Shown here: piece after piece, positions 1-13,163 of the stretch
Position numbering within the stretch: position 1 is the first letter of the stretch
Layout: each line of letters begins with the position of its first letter
Assembly: GCF_006345805.1 (NCBI RefSeq)
Contig: NC_042998.1
Location: 125,612,001 to 125,676,000, forward strand
Source of the DNA: Octopus sinensis
Lineage: Eukaryota
DNA: 64,000 bases
Direction of reading: 5' to 3'
Position numbers and translations under genes: made by a program
Notes under the pieces: generated by a model
Database searches by the model: none
Seen by the model: only the letters and a program-made list of their open reading frames with translations
Told to the model about the DNA's origin: nothing

Positions 1-690
1 GTATGCACACTGACATTACACATCCATCGGAGCATGCTGGCTTCATTCCTTGCGAGCTTACACATGTCCTCAGCAGTCACAGCCCATGTTTCACTGCAAT
101 TCTAGCAGCTACACTTTTGGTGCACCCTCCCCCTCTACTGACTTGGTCACCTAGGTAATGGGAGCTATCAACTACTTCTAGTTTTTCTCCCTGGAATGTG
201 GTGGAAGTTGTTCTCTTCACATTTTCAGTGTTATTTATAGCTCTCGAGCATCTGCCACATACAAAAACTATCCTCCCATATCCTCCCAGTTAGTCACCTT
301 TACCTTTGTAGCAGTTGACTATTATGCTGTTACACCAGTCAATGGGCATGACTCCTTCATGTATCACCTGGTTAACTACATGGGTGACCAGGCTATACCT
401 GACACTGCCAGATATTTTGAGCATCTGTACAGTAATTCCTGATGGGCTGGAGGTTTTCTTAGTCTTCATATTTTTAATTGCTTTATCTACCAAGGTACTG
501 TCAACTCGGATAGCTGGTCCCTCTGTTGGGTCAACATTCGGCAGATTCTCTTTCTCCCATTCATTTTCTTTATTCAGCAACCTTTCGTAGTGGCATCTCC
601 AAACCTCTCTCTTTGCAGCCCCATTTAGCTCAAGAGAATCATCATCCATGCAGACACATTTCTCTCCTACAACATCATGATTCTCTGTAA
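1..690 (-). mobile_element. RTE-clade LINE fragments (pre-RT/RT N-terminal region at ~290-690; post-RT piece at ~1-100)
   Basis: ORF 290..823 contains VVGEKCV..WRCHYERLLN..KTSSPSGITVQMLK..DWCNSIIVNCYKGKGD, typical of the RTE region entering the RT domain; 1-100 matches the post-RT sequence of the RTE copy at 42720-42830. Confidence 0.85.
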
Positions 691-1240
691 TTACTAAAAT
701 CATGCACAAGTTTCTTAGCAGCTTCTTGGTTAACACTTGCAGCTTCCCCATGTCTAGCCACACTGTGTATGCTAATTTTTTTCTTAAAATTCTCAAACCA
801 CCCTCTGCTAGCTTGGAAAACATTAATATCAGTACTGATATGAGGATATTTTCCTACCAGGTCATCATGCAATTGTTTTGCTTTTTCACAGATGATACTC
901 TCAGAAATGCAGAATGTTTCTGGTTATTCCAAATCAGCAGCAATTTCTTCAATTATTCAATCATTTGTGATCTTTGTTTAGTAAGAACTGTAACTCCTCT
1001 TGCAACATTGGCTCTTTATTTTTGAGAATAGTACAAATCATTGATTTTGACATACCAAACTGCGTAGCAAGATTAGAGACATGAACAACATTATCATGCC
1101 TGACTATAATTTCTTTCTTCACCTCTATCAGAATTCCTTTCTTTTCACTTGGCTATCATTATCATTCTTTGGTCCCATGGTATCTTATCTAATAATTTAT
1201 AAAACGAAACACAAACCAATCAAATTCAAGAGAATGCATA
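685..1240 (-). mobile_element. Tigger/pogo transposase 5' fragment (HTH-psq and CENP-B-type HTH), frameshifted
   Basis: Minus strand from the ATG at 1178 reads MGPKND..KRKE..EVKKEIIVRH..FGMSKSMICTILKNKE; ORF 675..872 has FQASRGWFENFKKKISIHSVARHGEAASVNQEAAKK, the Tigger signature (ASRGWF..F..R..HGEAAS). Confidence 0.9.
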
Positions 1241-2049
1241 GTGAATTTGAGCAGAGATATGCACTGAGCTAGACAACAACTGATGCTCTCCAGCTGATCC
1301 TCCCAGCTTGTCCCCAACTACTGTTTCCAGTTTGCATGCTTGTTACACCATTTGTCACCAAAGATATTTTATGTTAAAAAAAATTGTTTGTAAATTGATT
1401 TGCTCATCATGAGAGGTGTTGTGAACTGAGTTTCTACTGTATATTCATCTATTTTTCACATTTTATTTTCCACAACATCACTGAATATTGACAAACTTTA
1501 TAACTACAACATTTGTGATCATATTTTTACAATTTAATAATTTCTATATTTTCCTTTAAGAATTATTGTTTGGAGGTTTGAATATATGCATGATTTAAAC
1601 ATTTGCAATATCTATTGTTATTATTAATTTTCCTTTATTACATTTAATGTTTTATTCAACAAGTCCTACAATATACATTTTATATTTTGAAAACATTTCT
1701 CATGCCTTTTCATTAATAATATATTAATTTTTACTAACTTCTTCAAATTTTTTATCTTAAACTCTTATTGTTTTCTTTCTATATTGCCCTTGTTTGGTTT
1801 AGCCAATGTAGTGCTTTTGAATATTTAATAATATAATTAATTGTAACTTTGTCATTTAAAGTCTTGCATCTTATATTTTGACAATTTTCATAACGAATTA
1901 CTGTTTTAGTTTTCTAAGCTTCATTTTCAGTTCTTGCTTTCCTAAATTTCATTTCTTAACACTATAAACAGGAATTGACTTCAGTTTAAATTTAGGTGCA
2001 GCAAAAAATTAAGAATAAAATGTCAAAATTAGAAATCAAACAATGTTAA

Positions 2050-3035
2050 CCATTGCAACAAGATGTCGGTTAAACAAGACAGAATGTGTTTGTTGTAACT
2101 CACAAATCCTAGAATAAAGACTACAAAGCCAGAAAAATCACAGAAGAACAGAGGCTAACGAAAAGGTATAAGCAACTACAGGTCACATATAACACAGACA
2201 AGACAGAGACTGAACATTAAGATCTAGTATAAGAAGAATGCAAGAAGTTCAGCAAGACATGACTATTTCAAATACAATAAGAAAAATTGGAAAGACAGTT
2301 TTAAAATGTAGAACAATTGAGAAATTTGAAGAAATAGGAACAGAAGCTAAATATATTGGAAATATGAATTTAAGATTTTCAAAATTAGCGCAATAAGATG
2401 CTTAAATTAAAGAATTGCAATAACTCAAATACAAATTTTAAGTTCCCATTCTGTTGTAGTAATGGGACACCTTATTCAAGATTCACCTCCAGCAATTAAA
2501 GAACTTTTAACTTTAATATGTAGATCTATTTAATGTAAAGGATATTAGCTTCAAAACATAGACAATGACTTAATAGCTCAGCTTTAGCTTTTACATCCTC
2601 AGAATTATTAGGCACCAAAAAGAACAATTCAAATAAAAATGGTGCATATACCCATAAAATACACAGATTAGATTCAAATTTACTTTGTCCTGAAAATAAA
2701 TAACCAGGATTTGCTCAATTGCTTAAATATACATTAATGATATGCATTATGAACTGGATTGGAGAAAGTAAATACTTAACACATTACATAGAGATAACAT
2801 GAGATCTTTTCAAGTAATGTATTGGTATTCCTGAAAATAAATAGATTCTTAATATTGGCAACTAAAGATACAATCAATCAACTGGAGAAGTAGCAATAGT
2901 GATACTAATTTGGAAAGACTACTACTGCAATGATTTATCATGGATGTGTATAACACACCTATTTGCAACAATAAAATCCATTCATCCAAATTATGACCTA
3001 CTGCAGTTTCCAATGATATTACCATTCGGTAACTG
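2050..3035 (+). mobile_element. Degenerate Helitron Rep/helicase N-terminal fragment
   Basis: Broken frames give, in order, FCCSNG, PPAIKELL, LNSSALAFTS, GAYTHKIH..LL.PENK*PGFAQL, NQSTGEVAIV and IHPNYDLLQFPMILPFG, matching Helitron motifs (CC.NG, YNSAFAFTS, GPYTFRIHG, P.FAQLY, YN.PT..EVA, HP.YDPLQYPLLFP.G). Confidence 0.8.
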
Positions 3036-3300
3036 TCACAAAAAAAATAAATCATGATCCATGTGAGAGAGAGAAATAACAACCATATGTCATGTATGGC
3101 AGACATCAAATGTGAGTGCATGTGAGTATATCTATCTATCTATGTATCTATCTATCTATAAATATATATAATTGTTATATATCTGCTGCATTGGAAATCT
3201 GCAATGGCTCCTTTACTGTCTCAGCTATAACCTTGGAGTCCTAGCAATCCATTACACCACTTACCTAATCATTGAGATCACCTGTGAACTAAACCCCCAT

Positions 3301-3339
<39 letters not shown>

Positions 3340-3345
<6 letters not shown>

Positions 3346-3772
3346 GTAAGATTGCTAATGGCTATCCTTAGTATAGAGGCTAGAACAATGGTTCAAAGTT
3401 CAAAAAATCAAATGGGAATTTCAATGGTTAATTAGCCCAAACAGCAAAACTAATATCTTTATTATGTATATACATCACAACAAGAATTTTTCACAAGAAC
3501 AAAATGAAACCAAATTGTGTCAAATCAGTTGGTACTTTCAAATGCTAATCATACACGAAAAAGAAACAACATAATAAATTATGACATACCGTGTATCAAA
3601 CTTAAGGTGAAGGAACAACATAAACACAAATAACAAACAATGACTGACTACATAAGAAGATGACCCAATGATATAATCAGATATGAAAAATCAATACTGT
3701 TCAACAAACATAAACAACTAAAAATATAAAGACAAATAAACAAAAGATGTAAGAATATACACTAAATAATTG

Positions 3773-3775
<3 letters not shown>
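3340..3775 (+). mobile_element. Possible highly decayed Penelope-like (GIY-YIG) remnant between two (TA)n tracts
   Basis: Fragment reading INYDIPC resembles the IY.IPC GIY-YIG motif; otherwise full of stops. Confidence 0.25.
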
Positions 3776-3814
<39 letters not shown>

Positions 3815-3847
3815 CTGTCAATACACTATTTTAAAGATAGTGTGTTG

Positions 3848-4198
3848 GTAAGGGTAAAAGGGTAAAGAACCCCTTCAATCATGAATGACCATGGGATTGC
3901 ACATAGAACGTTCCTCTCCAAGGCACAAGTCTGGGCAAGGTTGCTTATGGAAGACAAGCAGTTGCCCATGCATACCGGCCTCCCCTCTCCACACCACTGA
4001 TGTTATCCAAGGGAAAGGCAAACACCGATACACCTTGGCACCAGTGACATCATAACTAATTTCTACAGTTGAGTGAACTGGAGCAATGTGAAATAAAGTA
4101 TCTTGCTCAAGAACACAACACACAGCCCGGTTTGGGAATCGAACTCACTACCTCATGATTGTGAGCCTGACGCTCTACCCACTGAGCCATGTGCCTTC
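3848..4198 (-). mobile_element. tRNA-derived SINE with LINE-like tail
   Basis: Reverse complement begins ggcacatggctcagtgggtagagcgtcagg..gagttcgattccc (A and B boxes); related copy at ~59020-59320. Confidence 0.85.
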
Positions 4199-4230
4199 AC
4201 AGCATGTTAATACTAATATAAAATACATAA

Positions 4231-4443
4231 TGTTGCTAGTCTCTATATCCAGGAGTTCACTTACTGAATCTAGCTTGTTTTCATGCTTAATTATCTCATC
4301 TCTCCCACCCACTATCTTTTTGCATTGGTGTGTTGGTATTAGCATAAAATGCATAATACAAAGAGACAGTGGGGAAGGAAGAGATAAGCAAGAAAGCAAG
4401 CTGGATTTAGTAAATGAACTCCTAGACATAGAGAGTAGCAACA
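4231..4443. repeat. ~210-bp imperfect palindrome (foldback/MITE-like)
   Basis: The outer 58 bp of the two arms differ at 8 positions; ORFs 4155+ and 4175- encode near-identical peptides. Confidence 0.9.
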
Positions 4444-4675
4444 AAAACCTACCTCCTTGGGTTTGGTTTTATTATTTTGTTGCCAAATTACACTGAACGA
4501 GAATTTTGCATTTTGGCTGAATACTCCTGAGAATAATTCGGAATCATGTTCTTTGCTATCATCATCATCACAATTATGTAACTATAATAGGGTTATGTAT
4601 GTAATACTAAAACACAAATCTCTCAAGTAGTAGAGTGCTGAACTAAATACTTTTATACTATTTCATCTCTCTAGA

Positions 4676-4740
4676 TCAGGCATGAGCAACCTTTTTCGAG
4701 AAGCAGGCTGCATGAAACATGGCGCTTATCTTTCCAGGGT
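4676..4740 (+). mobile_element. hAT/Charlie-type terminus
   Basis: caggcatgagcaacc preceded by ctctagat (NTCTAGAN-type target); partner end not found. Confidence 0.4.
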
Positions 4741-5749
4741 TAATTGATATCATGCATATACTGAAATCAATTCGATTGCTTATATCCATCTTCTATGAAT
4801 TTGTAATGCATCAATCTAAGAAATCCATATTTCAAAGAGAACATTCATGCAAAATGTCTTGTTTCTGCAGCACTATGTACCTCAGCAGACATCAGTTCTT
4901 ACTTGACCATATTTCTGTTTTCTTTACCTTTCACCTTGCTCTGATTGGCATGTAGCAGTGCAGCAAATACAGGACAATCTTATACAAAACACAACACTTC
5001 AGGCAACTATCAGAATGAGATGAGAGAACTTTCACTTGATGGAGACAAATGTGTTTGAAATAACAACCAAATCTTACAAAAACGATACCCTGTCATTCTT
5101 AAAAAAGAACAACACATTGTCTCATGCACACACAAATACACACACACACAGCTCTTAAAAAAATATGATCAGAACTGACTTGGGGTAAACAACTGCCATT
5201 GGAAAGATGATGCCCATTTTTACTTCTACAACAAATAACAATAAAAGAGAAAAGAAAGTTTGGATGCTACTCACATCAAACTCTTTTAATATTTCCAATA
5301 TACTTAAAAAAACAACAAAAAGAACTATAATTGAAATAATAGAGTGATTGGCTGTTTGTAACATAATCAGAGATGCAAACAAGTGATACTGTTACCAACC
5401 TAGTCTTGCATTACTTTACATCAAAACAAACATTCATTATCTCAGGTATGGACTGTATACATAAGTTATTATGTAACAAAATTACTGTATCATTCTATCA
5501 GTCAGAGAGAGAGAGAGAGAGAGAGAGTTCACTAGTGGAACAACCAGTAGATTCTTTTACAATAAGTGAAAGAACAGAAAATACTGTCTTTAAAAAACAA
5601 ATGTTATGGTAAAGATATTAACAGGGAGTTTAGAAAGGGTAATTAGTTTAGGGATACCATGGGAGAGGTAAATTAACATATCTATTATCACAAAGACATC
5701 AGCTTTGTCACAAATATAGAATCAGATTACATGAGGGATATAGTCTAGA

Positions 5750-5815
5750 CCAGAGATTCTCAATCTCTTTTGTCCCACACCCCATTCAAGTTTCCAATAA
5801 AAACATACACCCCAC
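5750..5815 (+). mobile_element. hAT/Charlie-type MITE terminus
   Basis: gtctagac followed by cagagattctcaatct, similar to CAGTGGTTCTCAA TIRs. Confidence 0.4.
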
Positions 5816-6479
5816 CATGAAAGTATATAACATAGATATATATTCAAAATATTGCGAGTTTATTCACTTGTAACTTACTTACACCTCTTTTCTGAAGTAC
5901 AAAGTTAGTTTATTAAGAATATTTTCTAAATGACATAGAAGTTAGAAATCATTTAAAGAATTCCAAAAGTACTTTAGAAAATGATAACTTTCACTCTACC
6001 CACCTTCCATCATGATGCTTGTGTAACAAAAGAAGGCATTAGATTTGTTCATATTCAGTTTATTTCCTATTATCATCATTCTTTACTACTAGCCATCACC
6101 TACTCTATTAACATCTGCCACTTTGGATAACCATTATTCATCTATACTGCTATCCACCACTCATTATCTCAATCATCCTTATTGCTATCCTTCAATTCTT
6201 TACTTTCTCATTTCCTTTTTCTCTCTCCCTCCCTCTCTGTCTGTCTTTTATACGCATAACTCTCACCTTTATCACTCTTTGTTGGCATACATCTCTTTCC
6301 CTCACTTTCGTTATTCTGTTTCACCCCTATCACAGCACACATGCTGTTTTCCTATTCAATCTCCTTATCAACAACCAGCATATATCTGCCTGTCACTGCC
6401 TCTCTCTTTCATTACTTCATCCCTCAGCAATCTTTCTTTTCTAGAACTCTGTTTCTACCATAGTACTCATATTCTTAAA

Positions 6480-6985
6480 AGGCAATCATTACATCCAACT
6501 TCATGTGGATGTTTTGTTAGAACAATGAATGCTGCATTATTTACCTTGAGAGGACCTCTCATATGCACACATGGTACATAAAAACAGTCCTGTTTATATT
6601 GTTGGCAGATGCGAATCATCTGCTAAGGGCACCAGAATTGCCAGATCATGTAATTTTCACCTGCCTGGTCTCTTCAGTGGCAGCCATCCAGTAGCTGCAT
6701 AACAACTAAATCTCAATGATACATAGAACTGTAGTGTCTTTTCAGGCACTGATGTTACAAAGAGCCAGCAAGCTTATTAAAAAATAATTATTAGCAACAA
6801 ATACAGTATTAATACCAAAAGGCAATCTTTGTATCCAACTTAACATGGATGTTTTGTTAGAACACTGAAAACTCCATTATTTCCCTGGAGAGGACCTCTC
6901 TTGCATAAAAGCAGTCTTATTTAGATTGTTGGCAGATGAGATTCATCTGCTACAGGCACTGGAACTGTCAAGTTACATGATTTTG
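6480..6985 (+). repeat. Diverged direct duplication of ~170 bp (6480-6660 and 6820-6985)
   Basis: Shared tggatgttttgttagaaca, gagaggacctctc and attgttggcagatg..tcatctgcta. Confidence 0.8.
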
Positions 6986-9226
6986 TCTTTCTTTTCTCAC
7001 CCCCTTTCCCTGGTTCTTTTTCAGTCAGCAAGCATTTTTCCTGTTCACTCTCTTGGTCACGTTTACTTAGAAGAGATAGTGACAATATAGAGAAAAGAGG
7101 ACATTAAATTTCCAAGTGACAAAGTGCCGGAGTCATGATAGACTGCATTCTATACACCATAATGTGGTTGGTGAGCAGAGACAATGTTAGAAAGAGAAGA
7201 CTCTTCAGTTTTTGCAGAGGACATGGCAACTTCTCTGGTGCTGTGATAAAAAAATACTCTCAATACATTCTGTAAAGTTACAGGTATTACGAAAAAGTAT
7301 CCTAAAAAGCATGACAAAATGGAATCTACAAGTGAGATATGGTCCTCAGACTCATCCAGGATGGCAATAACTCCAAATAAGAACTGACTCAGACTACCAG
7401 TCCAACCTATGCCAGCATGAAAAATGGACATAAAGTGATAATGGTGTTAACCAGAGAGAAATATCATGTAGAAATATTAGGAAGTAGTTCAGAAGAAATC
7501 AAAGCAGGAAGTAGTCATAAATTTTAAAATAATTATACAAGAGAAATTCTACCAGAAAGAAAGAACTAATGTACATTGCTTTCAGACACTGGGCAGACAA
7601 ATTATACAACATTGTTAGAATACCAATCCTTCACTAGTCTTAAGTCCTATCTATTGACAGACCTGATCCATTAATCTCCTTAACAAGTCAAAGAAAAGTA
7701 TGTGTCAATCAAATGCTGTATTATTTAATGGTCTCCAGTCAGGCTGGTGCATCATCTTCAAGTCAATTAGTAATTATTGCAGTCTGGTATATTTTTTTTT
7801 ATCATTCTCTCGTGAATGGCTAAGTTATCCGCTAACGTAAACACAACTCAACACACCATTTTAGCTTATATGGCATGCACAAACTTATACATTATTTTTA
7901 CACACACACACACGACAGGCTCCTGCACACTTTCTTTCTGTTAAATTCTACTCTGAAACATTGGTCAACCCAAATTTACAGCAGAACACATGTGCCCAAA
8001 GTAGCAGGCACTAGCAATGTATAACAGAAATCTTTATTATTGTTGTTCTTCAGTTATTTGTTTCTTTTTAAGTTAAATTTAGAAACATGCATATTTTAAT
8101 GAATTATACAACATTCAAAAATAATTATAGAATACATTAGTGATTAAAATGAAGTTAGTAATTTGTTGCAAACACTAATCAGATATGGCCACACAATTAA
8201 GACTAACTAGAAAACAAAATGATATCCCATCTAGCAGGTAGTGAACTATATATACAGTCATTATACATCAGGGTGCAAGATCTCTAATAGATTTATATGT
8301 ATAAGGAAAATAAGTAAATTGGAATGAATTATGTAAAATATTAATGTGTAGTTATGAATATCACTTCACAATCACATAGTATTAGGTTCAGTCCCATTGT
8401 GTGACACCTTGAGCAAATGTCTTCAGTTATTGCTTCAGATTGAGTGATGCCTTATTATTGGAATCAGTAGATGGAAACTGTATAGTGTCATTTGTCTGTG
8501 TGTGTAAGTCTAAGCTGTCAGTACTGCTTTTTGCATGAGATTGTCTGAGTGTAAAAAATATACGGTGTTGTCTTGTTTAGATTCCTGGGGACAATAATGT
8601 CTCATTAGCTCTGCATACTTGAGCCACACTTGTAAAACAGAAAAAAAAAAGGTTGCCAGTGACAAGAGCATTCTGCCTTAAAAACCAACACCAGCATAGA
8701 AAAATACACATAAAACGAATAGTGTGTGTGTGTGTGTGTGTGCGTGCGTGCGTGTGTACACATGCATATACATAAGCATATCGTGCATGTAGATGTATGG
8801 ATGCATACACAGAATTTACACAATGGAAATAAATTTACTATTACAATAAATTCTAAATTCTCTATAAGATATACCAATTTAATATTTACTAATAAAATTA
8901 TCAACTAGAACATTTAATTAACTTAAAAAAAAAAAAACTGAAAGGAAAGAGAAACTATATTCAAGACACTGATTTAATTCCAAGATGATATATTTCTAAA
9001 CAAATCTTATCTCTTCAAAGATAAGCTTGATAACCATTCCACATATCCTATCAAAATTCCAAGCAGAAGTAACTTAGAATAAACACACAGAGTCATAAGT
9101 TCATCAGCTGTACTATAATACCTAAATAACTTCAACAGTAATGAACTGAATGCTATGAACTTTCCAGATGACTTACTGGAAGTAGTAAGCTAGTTCTATA
9201 AATATAACAATATTAATGGACATATA

Positions 9227-9456
9227 TTAAACATATACACAGACAGCTTTTAGTTTGTAGTTGTTTATGGCCTTAGTTGAAGATGCATCAAATTTCTTAT
9301 CAATCACATTGGTTTTCTTGAACCAATCAATTTTGATTGGCTTAAGGGTAGGGATCATCAATTTGTGGAGATTTTCAGCAGCTTCCCCAAAAAGAGTGAA
9401 GCATTTATGCAACACAAGAAGTAACAAGTCAGCAATTAACAAACCCTGTTGCCTGA
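9227..9456 (-). CDS. Candidate terminal coding exon of an unknown gene
   Basis: Strong T-tract+CAG acceptor at 9457-9470 followed by an open frame RQQGLLIADLLLLVLHKCF..KAVCVYV*; no homology recognised. Confidence 0.2.
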
Positions 9457-10479
9457 CTGAAAAAAAAAAAGATAGTAGTGTCAGAAGTCATTTCCAGCAG
9501 TAGGATATTTTAGATCCCTTTGAATAGTGCTTGTCATTTGACATGCAGCAAGGTGCTATACTGTCATGGTTCATTCTTTTCAACCAGTGGGCTACATAGA
9601 AATGAAGCTCAAAAAAGACCATATGAAAATGCAAACACTAAAAGGAAAATATCTTAAAAAAGATACAATTAAAGAAAAATTTTTTTAAAATATGCTTTTA
9701 CAAGAAATCACTAGAAATGTATTCCTTATAAAATATATAGTATCTTGTCAAAGATCAGATATAAGTAGGTTAAACAGAGAAAAAGGAAAAAAACTAGGTG
9801 AATGCTGGCTTCAAATTTTGAGACCTTATCTATATATATATTTTTTTTTTATGGCAGAATTTGATTACATCTGAATAAACATCAGAGAATATACTGGAAG
9901 AAATTCTATGTGAAATCAGTTCATTCTACTCACCATCAACAGTTTCTATCTTATACCCATTAAACTATCTTTGCTGTGACACTTCTAACTTTCATATTGC
10001 ACATGAAACAAGTTATTCCTAACCTGAAGTTATCCGCAATCAGAGGATTCAGCAATTAAATTTGCCATATTTCAAAAAAACCCAACCTATAAATCAATTT
10101 TGCAATCAAACAATAAACAATATGAAAAAAAAATGAAAGAAAATAGTTTTGAAACAACTGTACTAAAAACTCAAAATTACAAGCTGCATTAGGATTGCTC
10201 ACAAAAAAGGAAAAAAATCTATCATCAACATTATCGTCAGCATCATCATGGTTACCATTACCATGGTATTTTTATTAACATCAAAATTCATACTGGCATG
10301 AAATGGCCATAAGTATAGTGATAAATAAGAACTTCACACTGCAACCATATGATTTAAAGTTTGATCTCACTGCATATCTTCAGCAAGTGTCTTCTGCTGT
10401 AACCTCAGGTCAATGAAAGCCTTTTGAGTGAAATTTGGTACACAAAAACTGTGAGAAAACCTATTGGATGGACTCTGTT

Positions 10480-11160
10480 CATCATCATCATCATCATCGT
10501 TTAGCGTCCGTTTTCCATGCTAGCATGGGTTGGACGGTTCTATTGGGGTCTGTGAAGCCAGAAGGCTTCATCAGGCCCAGTCAAATCTGGCAGTGTTTCT
10601 ACGGCTGGATGCCCTTCCTAACGCCAACCACTCCGTGAGTGTAGTGGGTGCTTTTTACGTGCCACCCGCACTGGTGCCAGACAGAGCTGGCAAACGGCCA
10701 CGAACGGATGGTGCTTTTTATGTGCCACCGGCACGAGGGCCAGGCGAGGCTGGCAACGGACACGAAACGGGGCGGTGCTGGCAACGGTCGCGAAACGGAA
10801 AGTTCTCTTACATGCCACCGGCACTGGTAACACATCTGCAATTTCCATTGATCGATTTTGATTCTGATCCTCACTTGCCTCAACGGGTCTTCACAAGCAG
10901 AGTTTTGACATGCCACCGGCACTGGTAGCACATCCGCAATTTCCATTGATCGATTTCGAATCTGATCCTCACTTGCCTCAACACGTCTTCACAAGTAGAG
11001 TTTTGTGTCCCAAGAAGGGAAGGTATGCATACGTAGGCTGGCTCCATCCCATGTAGAAGGCCACGGGTTATGGACTCACTTGTCCTGCCGGGTCTTCTCG
11101 CACACAGCACACTTCCAGAGGTCTCGGTATGGGTGGCAAAATTCATTGCCATGTTTAATA
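10480..11160 (-). mobile_element. Young RTE LINE 3' end with (CAT)n tail and an internal ~97-bp tandem duplication
   Basis: catcatcat..tttagcgtccgttttccatgctagcatgggttggacgg tail shared by many copies; CpGs retained; 10821-10908 duplicated at 10910-11005. Confidence 0.85.
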
Positions 11161-12873
11161 CCACCATCTAGTTTGTAGGTGAGTCATTCAGGCCAGGTAT
11201 CCAATCTGCTCATAGGTGTTGCCCTTTTCTTTCTGAATATGCTCAAGAAAACATATATGAAGAATATAATGTTTTATGTTATTTTATTTTATTTTTATTC
11301 AGATCTAATAACTTCAATCTATTTCAACTTATTATCCTTTGTTAAGAGCTCAGAATACTAATTTAGTTAGTCCTCTATTCATAAACATTTGAAAATCAGA
11401 AGAGGCAATAGCAAAAATGCTTCAGAATATTACTAATGTTATATTAAATCCCAGAGTAATTAATGAGCGCATATATCTGAGTCAATAGCATACCAGGCAA
11501 CCAAACAAGCGGCTGGCATTTAACATCTTACCACCAGGCAACATTATGTCTGTGGTCAAGAGTCCAGTCAACCTAGTTGGAAATAAGTACTACAGGGCAT
11601 AAGCAACTCACTCTTCAAATAACAGTAGCACTGAAGAATGCCAAATATTTTGTTACTTTGCAATCCAACTGCTTGTATGGGTATAACTTAGAGGATAAGA
11701 TTCCGCCAAGATGACATGCTCCAGATGCACTTCATAAAGATAAAGTATTCAGGTGTATGCTATGACCCAGTGGTTTAAAAAAAATCACCACATCTAAGCT
11801 TTGCTTCAATCAGCTCAGAGATGCTGCTCTTAGTATCTTGTATTTCTACATTAGTATTTGATGGAAGGGTTTGTTTTGAATAATCTTTGTATTAATTACA
11901 ATTCTGGATCCTTGCATCACAAAGTCTCCATGTTTAACCAATAACTCTCCAGGTTTTTAAAAGCAGTAATTTTACCTCTGCTGCTGACTACAACAAACTC
12001 AACACATTTACTCAGTAAGCATCAGTCATTCAAATTACATATCTGTATGTGTGTAAGCAGTTCTGCATAAATATGCCACCTAATTTTGACACCCAATACC
12101 ATTCTCCACCCACTTGTCATTAACTTTTAAATAATCAATTATTGTACATACAATATGCCACTCTCAAATTCATTATTTTCCAATTACTACAAAAAATTCA
12201 ATATTGACTGTAAAATTTCTTACATAATATCATACTGTATTGAAACAAGATATTTTAAGTTCATAATTTCAAACATAAACCCTGCATTTAACCAAATGTT
12301 AGGGTGGGGAACAAACTCTGCAGTTAAGGACCAAGATTTTATTAGTAGGAACACAGTACAAGTCATTCAAAATATCCCATCTCCAGTATGTGACAGTACT
12401 ATTAATAATTAAAATGTTTAATTATTTGTTTGTGAACTGTGTCAGTTGCCTGAGAATTTAACTGAATGAGAAAATCAGAGAAAAGACATTTACAATTATA
12501 AAAAGAAAAGAATAAAAAAAAAACAGGACTTTCCACTGTAATTAACTGTTTATCTTTATTTTTCAGAGCTATGTAGTGTATTATGATATATATGTACATG
12601 AAGTAATAATACTTCATCTAATAAGATCATATAATATTGTAGTAGTAGCTTAGAGTGCATAATTTCTCACAGAATTCTAAAGGAGTGTAATATTTATTTC
12701 TTTGGCACACTTTCATTTTTCTATCTTCCTTTTCCTTTCTCTTACTCAGTATTATGGCTGGATGCCTGTCACCAATCACTGTAACTTGCTTAGATTTGGT
12801 TCAAAGGGACCTCTAACAGTACTTAATTCCATTTTATAGAATAGGACAAAATGATATAAATATTTATGAACTC

Positions 12874-13163
12874 TAGTTTAGTTAAAATATGTCTGTGACA
12901 GATCTTTAACTTCTAAAGGCAAATTCACTGCAGTTGTCATGGAGCAAAAATTCTCTCTTATAGTAAAGGGTGCAAAGACACCACATCTGCCCAGTGCTTT
13001 CCTCTATCGGATTCCCAAATGGCTGTTTCTGGCTCTTCAGCCTTCCTCAATGAGAGGTGTTTTTACACCTTTTATCATAAGATAGAATTTTTTCTTCATG
13101 GAAACTGCAGTGAATTTTCCATTAGAAGTTAAAATATATTACAAACATATTTTAACTAACCTA
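12874..13163. mobile_element. MITE with ~110-bp TIRs and putative TA TSD (Tc1/mariner type)
   Basis: ttagttaaaatatg..aaattcactgcagtt mirrored by aactgcagtgaattt..catattttaactaa; both ends are flanked by TA. Confidence 0.8.

Noticed and set aside
6123-6581. 152-aa ORF
   Set aside because: Low-complexity pyrimidine-rich sequence, the antisense of purine-rich repeat DNA
10550-10580. CUGAUGA-AGCC UUCU GGCU on the minus strand in the RTE tail
   Set aside because: Lacks GAAA after the stem, so it is not a hammerhead
13020-13050. CUGAAGA-GCCA-GAAAC on the minus strand in the MITE centre
   Set aside because: No GUH cleavage triplet or stem III partner follows; it folds instead as a simple GGCUG/CAGCC hairpin
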